Notes: a model not told the origin generated them from the sequence alone. Positions 12,883 through 30,096 are shown, counted from the first letter of the stretch. The stretch is 64,000 bases of DNA from Octopus sinensis (GCF_006345805.1 NC_043012.1:25978001-26042000); one strand, 5' to 3'. Made by a program: numbers and translations.

Positions 12883-13109
12883 CACACACACACACACGCA
12901 CACACACACATATATATAATATTATATATATATATATATATATACATATATGATTGTGTCTGGAGAAAGTAATAAGGCACTAAAAGAGAATGCCTCTTCC
13001 TAGACACAAATTCACATCAAGAATCTTGCAAACCACATAAAAAAAACGAAATATATATATATAAGGAAAAAAGTCAAGGTAGAAAATACTGAAATAATTT
13101 TATCATAAA

Positions 13110-14789
<1,680 letters not shown>

Positions 14790-15040
14790 CAAGATTCTTA
14801 TTGTATATAAGATGCAATTTTAGTGGTACCCAAACGCTAGAGCAACTTTTGAAATATTTTGTTATATAAGTTTCCAAGTCCATAAAATACATCCGACGCA
14901 CATCCCTACATACAACCACGCATATGCATGTATGTATTGATAAGCATGTATGCATATACATATATATATTTATATGTGTGTGTGTGTGTGTTTTGTGTGT
15001 ATACACATACATATATAATATATACATACATACACACGCA

Positions 15041-15084
<44 letters not shown>

Positions 15085-15516
15085 CTATATATAACTCTTC
15101 TCTGTATTTGTGGTGTGATGTCTCCTTCCTATTTATTTTGGTTTTGCTTTGAATAGTATACTTATTTCGGATTATTCCCTGGAAATAAGCTTCCCTTGTC
15201 CTTCTATATGTTTTCCCTAAAAAAAGAATACAACTATATAAATATATATACGTATATACAATAAACATCAAATTTGTATCTCTTCTTAACAGATTACTGT
15301 AAAATTTAGATATACTAACAAAATAAAACAAACAAAAACATTAATAGACAAATATATGTACAGCACCACATATGCATACGCGCGTACCAGCACATAGTCC
15401 CACATAAAAACACGTACAAACATCATATCTCTCTATCTCTGTTTCTGTCTGTCTATGTCACTCACACACTCTCTCTCCGTCACTGGCGACTACACAAACC
15501 CGCACGCACACAACAA

Positions 15517-15583
<67 letters not shown>

Positions 15584-15843
15584 TATATATGTATGTATCT
15601 ATCTATCTATGTATATATATACATGTGTGCGTAGGTATATATATTATATATACACATGTATATACATATATGTATATATGTATGTATATAAAAAAATATA
15701 TATATATGCACTTCACTCGCATATATATGTACGCGAGTAGGTATGTGTGGTGTTAGTTTGTCTTTGTGCGTAGGTTTACACACACACGATATATTGTGGA
15801 TGCGTGTATCTATGTATATATGCATATATAAAAATGTATATAT

Positions 15844-15888
<45 letters not shown>

Positions 15889-15940
15889 TTGTATACATAC
15901 ATATTTCCATATATATAATATGTGTATACATACATATTTC

Positions 15941-15977
<37 letters not shown>

Positions 15978-17542
15978 GTGTGTGTGTGCGTCTGTGTATG
16001 CGTTTGTGTATGTATGCGTGTTTGCATGTTTATATGTCTCTACTCTCAGAAATATTTCACCCATCACATACCATGCTTAACTCCGAGCTGGGGCACGAAC
16101 CTTAGACTTCAATCATTGGGTTTATGTACATTTCTATCAATCAAATCCTGTATGTTGATCAATCAAATACTTTTCCATATCTTTTGTCATGTTTTTATGA
16201 AATTTACAAAAACACTTTTCAATGCTTCTCATTCTCTCAGGAGATATTTTGGCCATCTTTCGATATTTCTTTTGGATGACAGTTGCAGAAGTGACGAGTC
16301 TTGCTCTATAGGCATCCATGGCTAGAATTCAAGAAAGCTTCTGATTGAATCCCCTTGTGAACTTACTGTCTCTTTCTTCTCTCTTTCGAACTTCCTTTTC
16401 ACATTTCACACTCGCTTTGTATCTCCACCTCTCTTTGTACATCTATCTTTAATTTTCTCTCTCGCTCTTTCTTTCCCTGTCACTTTCGGTCTGTTTCTCT
16501 CTCTCTTTCTCTCTTTGTCGCATTTATGAAAATTTTTGGTAGCAATTTTTTGGCTAATCTTTGACAAATATATCATATTAGATCCATTCTTGCAGTTCTA
16601 AATAATTACTAAGAACCAGAGAGATTCCGAATTATTAATGCCCCTACTACGGCTTAATTCCTATTTTATATTTGTTTTATTTATTGTGTATGTGTAAGTA
16701 AGAGAGAGAGAGAGAACGAGAAGCAATATTTGACATATCAATTAATGGGTAATGTCAGGCACATTAGAATGCCATTTTTGAGAGCAATATGTGGTTGTTC
16801 TAAACGTTGAGTTAATCATAGCCTGAGTTACCAACAAACAGATACATATGTGCAGAGAGACATACATACATAAACATAGTCAGCTGCTTCTCAGACTTAA
16901 ATATCTGTTCGAAACTTATCAAGAAGGTGAACATTTAGGGATAACTGCATTGGAATCTGCAATTCATCTACCTTGTTTAAAAACTGATATTAACAGAAGC
17001 GAATATCCGTATATTTGGTTATACTATAATATGTTTAACAGATGTTCTGCTAAAGCTATCATTCCCAACGTTAGAAGGAGTTCTGCTAACACTCAGTTCA
17101 CAATTACAATTTGTAAGTGGAGCAGTTAAAATATGTAACAGTTTTCAAAAGTTAAAAGCGTAAATCTTATTAGAGTTGTTATAAAGATTCCTGTGACGAA
17201 TATTTATTTATTTTCTAGAAAACTGTCTTTTATATCTAACAAATATGCAAAGAAAAAGGCTTACAGATACAAATGAGACAGACAGAGTCAGAGAGAGGAT
17301 AAGGATAGGAGAGAGAAAGAGAGTGTGAGAGAGACAAAGCGAGGGGAAGAAAGGGAAGAGAGATTAGCAGATTATTAGTTTAGACTATGAATAAATATGA
17401 TGAATTTATTTCTTTGTATTGTACATTCGTGTGCGAGGGTGTGTATGAGTTTCTGTTTGCTTATATGTGACACCACATGTACTTGGTTACAGAAATAAAC
17501 TATAAATCTAAATAAGCATTCCTGTATGCCTGCCAGTCTGTC

Positions 17543-17586
<44 letters not shown>

Positions 17587-17747
17587 TGCATATAAATCGT
17601 ATTTAAATATGTAGGCGTATTCATACACACTCTTCACTTAAACTTCGTCTCTCTCTCCACCTGTTTCGCTATCTATATATCTCTCTAAGCATGTGCATTT
17701 GAATGAAGGCATATGTGTGTGTATATATATATATATATATTTTCTTA

Positions 17748-17802
<55 letters not shown>

Positions 17803-18589
17803 TATGTGTGTGTTTGTGTACTTTTCACATACACATTTTATACATGTATGTCTATTTTCTACTTGTCACACACAAGCAATCATTCTTCCTTTCTGCTCTT
17901 ATATGAGGAGAATGTTTTATTTAAATAATAATCCGACTCTAATAGAATTTCTTACAAGAAATGGCTTACAAGAATTTATATTTGAAACATCCTACCTTAT
18001 TGTATACCTCATTTCATCTTCCATCACTTCTACCTTCTTCCCTGTTTAACTCTCTTCTCCTTGTCTCTCCCACGCCTATTACCCTCATCTTACACATCCC
18101 TCCCTTGTTCTCATTCTCGTTTTCTTCTACTTCTTCATGCATGTCTATCCAGTTCGTTATTCACTTACACCGCAACTCATTTTTTTTAACGTTCTTTTTT
18201 TATATTCTCGTCTGTTTCTATAGTTGCTTCTACTTTTATAAATCCGTATCTCGTATTTGTATTTTATTTTATTTCCTACTTTTAATCTATGTATTTATAT
18301 CAATTTTCTCTACGAAATTAACTAACCAAGTAACTTACTAACTTCTGTAGAGTTTAATTATGTTTATATACCCACGTAATATTTCTCTCTACCATAGGCA
18401 CAAAGCGGATTTAGACAATACAGCCGTCCAGGGTATTTTAGTGGTATTATATTTCAAAGGGCAAATTCAAATGAGATGTTGCCTGATTTGAAAGCCAAAC
18501 GTAAAGTGTTGGAACAATAACAGAAATTTCTAATTTTAGCAGAAGAACAATAATGTTGACAGTAGGGGAAAGAACAGATAGGCGACTAA

Positions 18590-18692
18590 TATTTTCTTCT
18601 ATCGAACCAGAATAGTGGAAGTTGACCTCGGGAAGTATTGAATCGGGAATGTAAAGATCCGGAACAAATTCTGCAAATACGTTCTTCCAAAT
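18590..18692 (-). mobile_element. Highly degenerate SINE A
   Basis: AAGTTGACCTCGGGAAGTATTGAATCGGGAATGTAAAG resembles the antisense A core. Confidence 0.45.
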
Positions 18693-19183
18693 CAAATGAT
18701 CCTGATAACTCTAAATCATAATACAACTATATATAAGAGGCAAAATGGATCTATGCACATATGAATACGTGTGTACAATATTGATCGAATATTCTGGGTC
18801 ATTTTTTTAAACATCACTGAATTAAATGTAACACATTTGGAGGGAGAGTTAACTAAGTGGATGCAAAATATAGTTCTACAATATTAATAACATATTTGAG
18901 AATACCATCCGCTAAAATAATTGAAGGATTCTAGTTCGACCAGAACAAGACAACGAGGCATTAAATGTTCTTCTGGCTGTTTCAGACTGCAGCTTGGTTC
19001 AGAAACTCTTGAAAGAAGAAGGATTCTAACCATTCACCAAATATTGTGCGCTCACATACACAAACACACACACACATATATATATATATATGCATATACA
19101 TTTATATGCATATACATACATATATATACATATATATACATATATATATACATACATATATGCATATACATATATGTGCATGC

Positions 19184-19220
<37 letters not shown>

Positions 19221-19493
19221 CGCATATATATATATGCATGCACCTATACATATATACATAATTATACATATATACATCACAAACACACACATATATATAT
19301 ATAAATGTATAACAGTAATATTTACAAGATATAAAATGTATTGATACAGCTCTAAATTTTCGCCCTTCGAAACCTACCTCGTCCAAGAATGCAATTCATC
19401 CTCGACAATAACTTGCATCTAACCGGAAATAATTTGAATCGTCTGAAGATCTAACTAATAATAATTAGTCAGCTATCATGACATTGATTCATG

Positions 19494-19529
<36 letters not shown>

Positions 19530-19949
19530 ATATATATATATATATATATATCTATATATATATATATATATTCTTGAGCTGAGAAGAAATGAGAAAATCC
19601 AGAGAAGTCTGAACGCATGCCTTACATTTAGTATATATAGGAATATGGAAGGGGTCGTTCCAAAGCTTATATATATATATATAAATATATACCATAAGTT
19701 CACAACTCGGTGATCAGGCAAATAAACGGGAGAATCATTATCACACATTATATATGTAATTCTGCAAAGTTTCACATATTTTAAAATCTAATAACAAGTC
19801 TACACAGTGATTCTGAGAATTGTGGGTTTTTCAGTTGTGATTAAAATTCTATAGCCACGGCATCAACAGGCACCCAGCAAGGAGATCAGATTTGATTTCC
19901 GAGTGCCGAGAGATGAACAACTTACGTGTGTAATTGTTTCCGTGCGGGC

Positions 19950-20209
19950 ATATATATGTATATGTACACATATATACATATATATAGATATATACATACA
20001 TACATATATACATACATACATATATATACACACACACACATACATACATATATACACACACACATATACATACATATATATACACACACACATACATACA
20101 TATACACACACACATATATACATACATACATATACACACACACATATATACATACATACATATACACACACACACATATACATACATACACACACACACA
20201 CACACATAT

Positions 20210-20263
<54 letters not shown>
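19950..20263. repeat. Compound (CA)/(TA)/(TACA) microsatellite
   Basis: Direct reading. Confidence 0.9.
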
Positions 20264-20264
<1 letters not shown>

Positions 20265-21810
20265 GTTGAGTTGTTAAGAACGTATAAGATTACAAATAGA
20301 GTTCGATCACACTTAGAATTCCCAAATAGCCGGTAGTGTTCTTATGGCGTGTTACCAATTCTAGTCTTAGGTATTCCTAGTGTAACAAGCAAAAGAATCA
20401 AAAGGAAGAGTATGTACGGTTAGGCAGCTTTTTAATTGCTTACAAATGTTTCGATACATACAGATCGTCTTATATACAGGATTGGGAGTTAAGTTTAAAT
20501 TAAATTATTTAAACATTTACCTGTATACGATCTATATGTATCTCCTCAGGCGATACTCAGTTGCTGTCTCCCTAAGCAAAATTAGATTTCCGTGCTACAA
20601 CATTCATGGTTTCTTCTTTCAAACTAACAAACGCTGACGGTTTCAATTCGCTCGGTATGAGCGTGTTATCACGTTCGACATGAGCTGCAATGTGCGCGCT
20701 ATTTATTCAGTTTCAACATGTTGTTGTGAACATGCCAAACTGTGCCATTACGCAAAATACATTCATCCATTAGCTCATGCTCATCCAATCACACACCTAT
20801 ATACCGTACATCACTGAGTGTTTCCATATATGTGTGGGTATGTGCGTATTGAAAACGTCAGCGTTTTTTAGTTTCAAAGAAGGAGCAATTAAGAAGCATT
20901 GACATCTAATTTGCTGATAGAGAGAGCAACTGAGTACCGCCTGAGAAGATACACACACACATATATATATAATTAGGTGCCTAAACGTACTTACTCTTTC
21001 TTTTGACTCTGTTACTTTTTACTATATATATATATATATATATATATAGATATCTTCTTATACAGGTAAATCGTTAAACAATTTCATTTAAATTTAAATT
21101 CAAATCCTGTCTATACGAGTATATGTATGTATCGAAACATTTGTAGCGATTAACTCTTACTTTTTACTATATATATATATAAATATATATATAATATATA
21201 TATATTATATAATATATATATTATATATATAATATAAAGCAAAACACAAGAACATACATCCTGCATGAAAACACCACAAACAACAGAGATGAGCAGAAGC
21301 CCATAATCTCCTTCATCAATTTTAACACCATAACATAACATTGCATTATCGCCGAATAAATTATACTTTGAAAATTCCATTTTTGAAATCGCCCACCATG
21401 GAGTTGTTTCTTTTGAATTTTTTTTTTTTCGTGTATGTGTGTGTGTGTGTTTTATTTTTCAGCCTCTCATCGTGTTTAATATCTGTTGTAATATTCTCTA
21501 ATATTCAGAAACACGTTTTAATTTTTCCAGAACCACTGATAGCTTTTAAATTTAAAAGAATACAAAAACGAAAAGAAAACCACTTATTGAATGGTATTAG
21601 GTGTGTTGTTTTAGGTTGCATCTCCAGTGTTTTAATGTGGTCAGGGAGTGTTGTTGTATTTTTTATTAAAACTATCATTTGAATGCAGATACTAATACTA
21701 CACCACAAATAATATAAAGACATACGCATACACACACACATATATGTGTGTATAATATATATATATATATATATATGTATGTATATATATATATGTATGT
21801 CTATATTTAC

Positions 21811-21847
<37 letters not shown>

Positions 21848-21854
21848 AGCATAT

Positions 21855-22030
21855 ATCAGTATGTATAATTATACATACATATATATATATATATATCTAT
21901 ATAAGTATGTATAATTACATATATATATAAATCTATATAAGTATGTATAAATATACATATATATTATTATAAATCTATATAAGTATGTATAATTTTATAT
22001 ATATATATAAGTATGTATAATTATACATAT
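21855..22030. repeat. Short minisatellite (TATAAGTATGTATAA core)
   Basis: About five imperfect units of roughly 30-40 bp. Confidence 0.6.
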
Positions 22031-22055
22031 ACATATGTGTGTGTTTGTGTGTGTT

Positions 22056-22105
<50 letters not shown>

Positions 22106-22710
22106 TATGTGTGAGCAGAAATTGGAGTTAATATATTTGTCAACAACGTCACCGCCGTCAATACCGCCACTAACATCTGCAGCAGCATCTTCATCATCAT
22201 CATCATCTTCGTAATCAATCATATCATTAGAATTTACAATGTTGTCAATCTTATTCCCTTTCCTTTCCTTTTTGCCTTCTTTCATTGCTTCCCTTCACCT
22301 CCTCTTTTTTCCTTTCCTCTCCTCCTCAACTTGACTCTCCTCCTCCCGCAACTCATTTCATCTGGGGTTTCTCTGCCGTTCTTCTCTCCATCAACGATGA
22401 CAGCACAACCTTCGGCCATTGGCAGAGCAAAAAATTATCAACAGCTGTAACGCCATGCATCAATACCATCATCTTTATCATCTTGTTCGTTGTCGTAGTT
22501 ATCATCCTTATAATGATCATCATCACCATCATCATCATCACTCTGTTTTGTCATCGTCGTCCTATTCTTCTACCTCACCATCGTTATATTAATTTAACAT
22601 GTATAATCAACTTTGATGTATTAAGAATATGAAAGACATGATATTTGAAAAATCATCTCATTACTGTAATTAATATCTATCTATCTATCTATCTATCTAT
22701 TTATCGATCC

Positions 22711-22741
<31 letters not shown>

Positions 22742-24734
22742 ATATAATATATATTATATTATATTACATACATACATACATACATACATATGTATATACA
22801 CACACACATATATATATATATACATATATTCATATACATATTTATATACATATATATATATACATACATACATATTTATATATTCATACATATGTATATA
22901 TACGTATATATATTCATATACATATTTATATACATATATATATATATACACACACAAACATACAAATTATAATTCACATATATGCATACATATAAATATA
23001 CACACACACACATGTTCATACATATGTGTGTGTGTGCGTGTGTGCGTGCGTGTGTGTGTGATTCTGTGTTGATGTATATAATCTCTATGTAGGTGTGTAA
23101 GTATCCGTGAGATGTCCATATTTGCAGTATTTGCATTCGCTGATATCGTAATATTTGTTAACATTTTTCACTGCGGCATGTTAGATTTTCGAAATATTTC
23201 AGAGGTACTTTAAAGAGAGCAAAAGATTAACACTCACACATACATACATACACACACATATACACACACTAATATTACACACATACACATGTGTATGTTT
23301 GTATTCGAATAAAGATTGTGTTAGTCAATAACGCACACGTAAGCACACAGGGTCATTCACACACTAACACACAAGCATAGTTCGCTTTCATACATTTAGT
23401 AAAAGAAAAAAACTGTTATGAATAATTTCTTTCAAATATTGGTTTTAATTGAATAGAAATAAATTACAGTCGGTTGGTGCCATTTAGGCCTGCCGTCATG
23501 GTTGGTCGACCTAGAATTGGAAAGCTGAGTAAAAATTTTAGAAAAATAATTAAAAAATTGAAAGAATATCTATGACTTTTAAAATTAGTGTCAGAAAACT
23601 ACTGCTTTACACCCCTTTACGGCTACAGGCTTCTTTTTTTATTGTTGCTTCTCGTTTCTTTTTTTTTAATCATTTTTAATGTTACTTTCCTTGAGATGGA
23701 AAGGGAGGGAATTCTTTGCTTCTTTTTGTGATTCGTTTTTGGACGCCATTTTCTGTTGATTTTCTTTATTCATTTATGTATTTAATTTTCGTTTTCTTTT
23801 TCGTCTCTGAGATTCCTCTTATTCAAATCTCTCACCGACAGAATCGCACATAGAGAAGAGTGATTCTTTCTTGCTTTTTATCTTTCACTAATCTCACTTA
23901 CTCTCCCCCTTCATCAATCATCATTTATCTCTCTTTCTCTATTCTAAATCTTTCTCTATTGTCTCTCTTTCTATCACTCTCACTATTTGTCTCTCTATGA
24001 TTCGCTGCTACACACAACATACTAAATTATAATATCTTTTACACATTATTTACATTAAAAACCATGTTTAATTTGAAAGAGCTGTAGAACACCGTATTAA
24101 ATATTTCAAACTAATTCTGTTTCCGACTCAACCTTCCACGTTCTGGGTTCATATCTTATCTCGATCGATTTTACGTCTATTAATTTTCGTTCAAACATTT
24201 AATTTACCAATCATTGAATTATATCGATTCAGTCAATATATTTAGTTTTGGTGTTGCTTTCTTCTAGATGCACACACACACGATCAAGGGAGCATACCAA
24301 TGATTTTCGCCCTTAGTCAGGGCGCTGGATTCGCACAACTGATAGAGCGTCGAAGTAATGCATTACAATATGCGATCCCTCTCTTTACGTTCAGTGTTCA
24401 AATCCTGCCGAAATCATTTTTCAATTTTCTTTTCATTCCGCGGTCTTCCACAGAAAATACAAATCAGGTACATTTGTCGTCGATACCACCTAATCCCTTT
24501 TTTTCTCAATACTATTGGTTTTGTGCCTAAATCTGAAAGAATAGTAGCTTTCGGCCCAAAAGTGCCAGCTCATGCCAGCAAACACGGTAAAAAACAATCA
24601 GCGAAGTGCTACTCTGAAGTTCATACTCGTCACCGTGTTGCTATTATTATTATTCTTGTTATGGAGTTCAAATGCCTTGCGGGTTAACTTTGCCTCTCAT
24701 ACTTTCGGGACACATAGAATAAATTGCTATCTCA

Positions 24735-25000
24735 ACACTGGTACTCCGTCGCTTACTACGACGATGATTCAGTTGGTCCGATGAACGGGATAATTTACTC
24801 GTGAGATTAACGTGCAAGTGGTTGAGCACTTCACAGACACGTGTACTCCTTCACACACTTCTCAGGGAGATTTAACGTGGCACAGAGCGTGACAAGACTG
24901 GCCCTTTGAAATACAAGTACAACTCATTTTTGCCAGTTGAGTTGACTGGAGCAACGTAAAATAAAGTGGCTTGCTCAAAGGCAAAACGCTCCGAACGGAA
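24735..25000 (-). mobile_element. SINE family D with a tail shared with the 38363 element
   Basis: Antisense core CATTTTTGCCAGTTGAGTTGACTGGAGCAA; tail TTAACGTGCAAGTGGTTGAGCACT..CAGACACGTGTAC. Confidence 0.75.
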
Positions 25001-25094
25001 TACTCTAACGCGAACGGAATACTCTAACAACGAAGGCACGTACCTTCACATTATCTCAGCACTAGTGTGCGTGTAATCGTCTAACCCATTTCCC

Positions 25095-25309
25095 TTACTC
25101 TTTTACTCTTTTACTTGTTTCAGTCATTTGACTGCGGCCATGCTGGAGCACCGCCTTTAGTCGAGCAACTCGACCCCGGGACTTATTCTTTTTGTAAGCC
25201 CAGTACTTATTCTATCGGTCTCTTTTTGCCGAACCTCTAAGTGACGGGGACGTAAACACACCAGCATCGGTTGTCAAGCAATGCTAGGGGAACAAACACA
25301 GACACACAA

Positions 25310-25342
<33 letters not shown>

Positions 25343-25504
25343 CATATATACGACAGGCTTCTTTCAGGTTCCGTCTACCAAATCCACTCACAAGGCATTG
25401 GTCGGCCCGGGGCTATAGCAGAAGACACGTGTCCAAGATGCCACGCAGTGGGATTGAACCCGGAACCATGTGGTTGGTTAGCAAGCTACTTACCACACAG
25501 CCAC
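25095..25504 (-). mobile_element. SINE family B
   Basis: Reverse complement of the 8628-9013 element, well preserved. Confidence 0.9.
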
Positions 25505-25789
25505 TGAGGCAAAATTTGAAACATTTAATGTTATGGCTTATTTTGAATGTTGTTGTTGATGTCGTATAGTAGTTCTTGTTGCTGTTGTTGTTGTCGCTAT
25601 TATTATCTGTATTGTTGATGTTGTTCGTATCGTTGCTGTTGCTAATATTTTTGCCGCAATTACTGTTGTTGATGCTGTTGCTGTGGTTGCTCAATTTGTT
25701 GTTACTTTCGCTGTTGCTAATGTAGTTGCTCTTATCGTTGCCGTTAGTAATATTATTGTTGTTGTTTATTTGTTTGCTTGTTTGTTTGT

Positions 25790-26155
25790 TGAGCGAAGCG
25801 GTCTTCGTCCCAGAGTGGGAGAAGTCCGAGACGTGGTCCTTTGCTATTCGTAAGACCCGCAGAAGAGAAAACAGGTTACCCCCCCCCCCCGGACACCGAG
25901 AGCATCGACGGATGAATGAATGTGCATCCAGGCTCAGTAATTGCGTTGGAAGTCGGGGATAAGAAACAGGAAGAAAGAGTGAGAGAAAGTTGGAGCGAAA
26001 GTGTACAACAGGGGTTTCCACCATCCCCTGCCGGAGCCTCGTGAAGCTTTAGGTGTTTTCACTCGATAAACACACACAACGCCCGGTCTGGGAATCGAAG
26101 CCGCGATCCTCCGACCGCGAGTTCGCTGCCCTAACCACTGGGCCATTGCGTCTCC
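25790..26155 (-). mobile_element. SINE family C, tail type 1
   Basis: Head GGAGACGCAATGGCCCAGTGGTTAGGGCAGCGAACTCGCGG..TTCGATTCCC with clear A and B boxes. Confidence 0.88.
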
Positions 26156-26529
26156 TTGTTGTTGTTGATGATGATGTTTACCCTGTCCCCACGCGCAGGA
26201 TCATTATGGATTGAACACATACTTTGTTCGTATTTTTTCCGAGTTTCTTTTGTGTTTCAAATAATACCACGTTATTCGCTCAGTTTTCCAATTTCTTAAG
26301 CGGCAGTGTGCGATCCGAAAGATGTGTTAACTGCTATTTCTAATTACTTAACTGACTGTGTAGCCTATCATTCAGTACCTCGGGGCTGGGAGTCTTCTAT
26401 ATTGGTACATATGTCTGTGTGGTACTTCAATTTTAATGTAATTGTTGTGAAATGACATGCTCTGAACTCATATTCAGAACAGGCCATTAAAAAAAAAAGG
26501 AAATTATAATGGACTGTTAATGGAGAGGG

Positions 26530-26688
26530 TTAATCGCTTTCATCGACCCGAATACACAACTGGTACTTATTTTATCTACCCCGAAAGGATGAGTGCAAAA
26601 GTCTACCTCGGCGGCATTTGAACTCAGAACCTAGAGGTGGACGAAATTCCGCGAAGCATTTTGGCTGACGTACTTTCTCCTCCGCCCA
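26530..26688 (-). mobile_element. SINE family A
   Basis: Antisense core CCCCGAAAGGATGAGTGCAAAAGTCTACCTCGGCGG..TTTGAACTCAGAAC. Confidence 0.75.
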
Positions 26689-26902
26689 CTCACTGTCTTA
26701 ATAATAATAATAATAATAATAATGATAATAATAACGACAGCAGCAATAGTAGTAGTAGTAGTAGTAGTAGAGCATAATGAAATATACTGAACACAAGGAT
26801 AGCGACAAAAACGACCATATCATTAACAGTAATATGAAAACATGAAGGAGGAAATACGAAATACAGCCGTTGTAAACATTTGTTGTGGATGGAAACAAAC
26901 CG

Positions 26903-27002
26903 NNNNNNNNNNNNNNNNNNNNNNNNNNNNNNNNNNNNNNNNNNNNNNNNNNNNNNNNNNNNNNNNNNNNNNNNNNNNNNNNNNNNNNNNNNNNNNNNNN
27001 NN
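26903..27002. other. Assembly gap
   Basis: Run of 100 N. Confidence 1.
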
Positions 27003-27149
27003 TTTCGATAATACAAACGAATTATTGAAATTCCAATGCAGTTTCAACTTACTATATCTTGGCACAGGAATATCTACCTACCTACCTACCTACATCCATC
27101 CATCCATCCATCCATCCATCCATCCATACATACATACATACATATATAC

Positions 27150-27452
27150 TTTTCAGAAATATGCAGTTCCTCTATCGAATAATTACCCCTGTAATTATTG
27201 GGGCCCCGAGATATGTAACACATTGTCTACATACCAATCTTGAGAAATTAGTCTTCTCAAAGCCAGAGGAGAAAGGTAATTGAGAAAGGAGAAAGGAGAA
27301 AGGAGAAAGGAAAAAGCTATTTATAACTGTAGCTGTAAAATTTTTTAAATTTTCCACAAGGATATCATTTTAATATATATTAACATGTCTAGATATGTAA
27401 CTATATGTATGAGAATGCATACATAAAACAGAACATACAAATCTGCTCATAT
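27150..27452 (+). mobile_element. 3' end of an RLE-type (R4/Dong-like) LINE in (TACA)n
   Basis: Peptide PVIIGAPRYVTHCLHTNLEKLVFSKPE; homologous to 28838-29180; flanked by CATA repeats. Confidence 0.7.
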
Positions 27453-28837
27453 ACATACATACATACATACATACATACATACATACATACATACATACAT
27501 ACTACACATACTTACAAAAATACCCCGTTGCTGATGTTGAATCAGGCTCCAATGAAGGAGCCTTGGAACTAGGTTAGAAACCGGCTCTTTCACTATTTAC
27601 AAGAAACCTTGAAATAAAACTGAATCATAACATACAATATGTACGATACATGTATACATACATACGTACATGGTCATATGGAATATACTAAAATTTAGAT
27701 GACTTGTATAGTAACGAAATTTCACTTCCGCTGTAAATTTCATAACTGTTTGTGTGTGCTTGTAGGTGTGTGTGTATACGCGCTTATGCGTGTGTTTGTG
27801 TGTGTTGAGAGACTTTGATAGAGAGAGAAAGAGAGACGCGGGGAAAATAAGAGGGAGTATGCGACAGTAAAAGAGCGAAAAAGGAAAGTGATTTCGATAA
27901 ACGTAAGGCATACAATTTAAAACACACTTTCGAAGATAATCCGCGTGTTTAGGCATAAGCGCTTTTTTTTCCTTTCTGAGGAGAAAAACAAACAGTTGAC
28001 TCTCACTTTAGTCTACAGTTAGCTTTTCATCAGTCGCTCAAACACATAAATCTACTTATCCTAATGCTGCGTTGTAGTGCTTCTAGTAATTGCTTAATTA
28101 ATTTATGTGGACTGAGTGCATAGTTAGGCAAAATAGGTAGACCAATTTAATTATATCTGATTTTCTGAATAGAATAAATAGCTAGAGGCAACTTATTTCG
28201 ATACAGGCATAAACGCGTAAAGATCTGTAAAAGATATTTTATAAAGTGTAATAAACGTTAAAAATAGTGATCGTTTCTTCCTGTTCACACACACACACAA
28301 AATAATAATGAAATCTGTTGTCGCGTCACAAGAACTTCATTTTATAATGTGTTTCAAAACGTATCTTTACTAGATACATGAACATACCTGACATCACAAT
28401 TTCACACATTATATACGTGTGTTCACGTGTGTATATACATGGTTACTGACGCGGATTCTCCACATCTTATCTGTTAGTAGCAGAGTGAAGATTTGTACGG
28501 CATTCCAAATTCTTCATCTGGGATTCTTATGTGAATACATGCACACACTTGAGTGTATGAATCGACAGCTCAACCAATACACCAACTCAACAACATAATT
28601 AAAAAACTCCGGGAATTCTCTTAGCTCTAAAGTCTTGTCGCTTTGTTAGAGACCGTCTCGTACTCGCTCAAAAAGAACTTAAATAAAGCTCAAAGAAAAA
28701 TCATACATACATACATTCATACATACATGCATACATAATGTATTCATACATACATACATTCATACATACATACATACATACATACATACATACATACATA
28801 CATACATACATACATACATACATACATACATACATAC

Positions 28838-29180
28838 ATGACGCTGATGATCCGTGAAAAAGAGAACACCGACTATGAACTAGAGAAATCTGAAGATTCA
28901 CTATCAAGATTAGAGGTTCAGGTTTATACCTGTAATTATCAGGGCCCTGGGATATGTAATACACTACCTAAATAACAATCTTGAGAAATTAGGTTTCTCA
29001 AAACCAGAGAGGAGAAAGCTAATTCGATGACTACAGATCCAATCCATCACTGGAACTGTAAAAATGTGTAAAACTTTAAAGAAGTTTATCATTTAAATAT
29101 ATATATGAGCATGTCTAGATATGCAACTATATGCATGGGGATACATACATGAAATCCAGCATATAAATCTGCACATATAG
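28838..29180 (+). mobile_element. 3' end of an RLE-type (R4/Dong-like) LINE in (TACA)n
   Basis: RNLKIHYQD*RFRFIPVIIRALGYVIHYLNNNLEKLGFSKPERRKLIR*LQIQSITGTVKMCK resembles the C-terminus of the RLE domain. Confidence 0.75.
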
Positions 29181-29331
29181 TACAGTACGGTTTGCCACCA
29201 CCCCTTGCCGGAACTTCGTGGAGCTTTAGATGTTGTTGCTCAATAAACACCCACAAAGCCCGGTCTGGGAATCGAAACCGCGATCCTACGAAGCGAGTTC
29301 GCTGCCTTAACCACTTGGCCATTGCGTCTCC
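29181..29331 (-). mobile_element. SINE family C head only
   Basis: Same head as 26155, 38128 and 38722, truncated after the GGCAAGGGGTGGTGG segment. Confidence 0.85.
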
Positions 29332-30017
29332 ATAAATGCATACATTACATACATACATACTTAAATACATAAATACATACATACATACATAAATACATAC
29401 ATACATACATGTAATTCGTTTTCTTATAAAAATGAACAGTATAGACATACATTTTCAATCCTGCTTGGAGTTCAACTGTTTTTGCACAGACGCCTTTTAG
29501 AAAAACATCTATGTATACGGGCATACATGCATTTATACATACATGCATAATACATAGGCACACATACACATACACAGACACACGCATGTATATGTGTATA
29601 TATATATCAACGAGTAACATAAAGATTGCCTTCTCTCTGGTGTTTGTCAAGCGTAGTGTAGGAAGGTGCTAGTGTTGAATACCTGCCAGTTAAGTTACGA
29701 CATAAAGTTTGCAGGTAAATAATGACTTTGATAGAATATATTGCCGTGTCTAGAAGCGCTAATCTCAATTGGATCCTAAATGTAATTGTCAGGTTATGTA
29801 CGTTGTTTTCCTGTTATTTTCTTTATTATATCTGTTTTGTATTTATCAGATTCTGTATTCTATACACCAGTAGCACAATGAAATATTTAAACATTTGATT
29901 TGATATTTCTATAATTAAGATTAACAAAGAATTGAATTAACAGTGTCTAGTAAACCAATAGATATGTCTGTATTACAACACTTAAATAGTTTACAATAGA
30001 GACTGTTTTCTGTGTGC

Positions 30018-30053
<36 letters not shown>

Positions 30054-30096
30054 GCATACATACGTACATACATACATACATACATACATGAAATTA

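Noticed and set aside
16285-16345. CAGAAG-TGACGA-GTCTTG..CAAGA-AAG-CTTCTG
   Set aside because: Flanks pair, but the core is too damaged to call.
23738-23755. YY1-like motif AAAATGGCG on the minus strand
   Set aside because: A single short motif with no associated gene or CpG-rich promoter.
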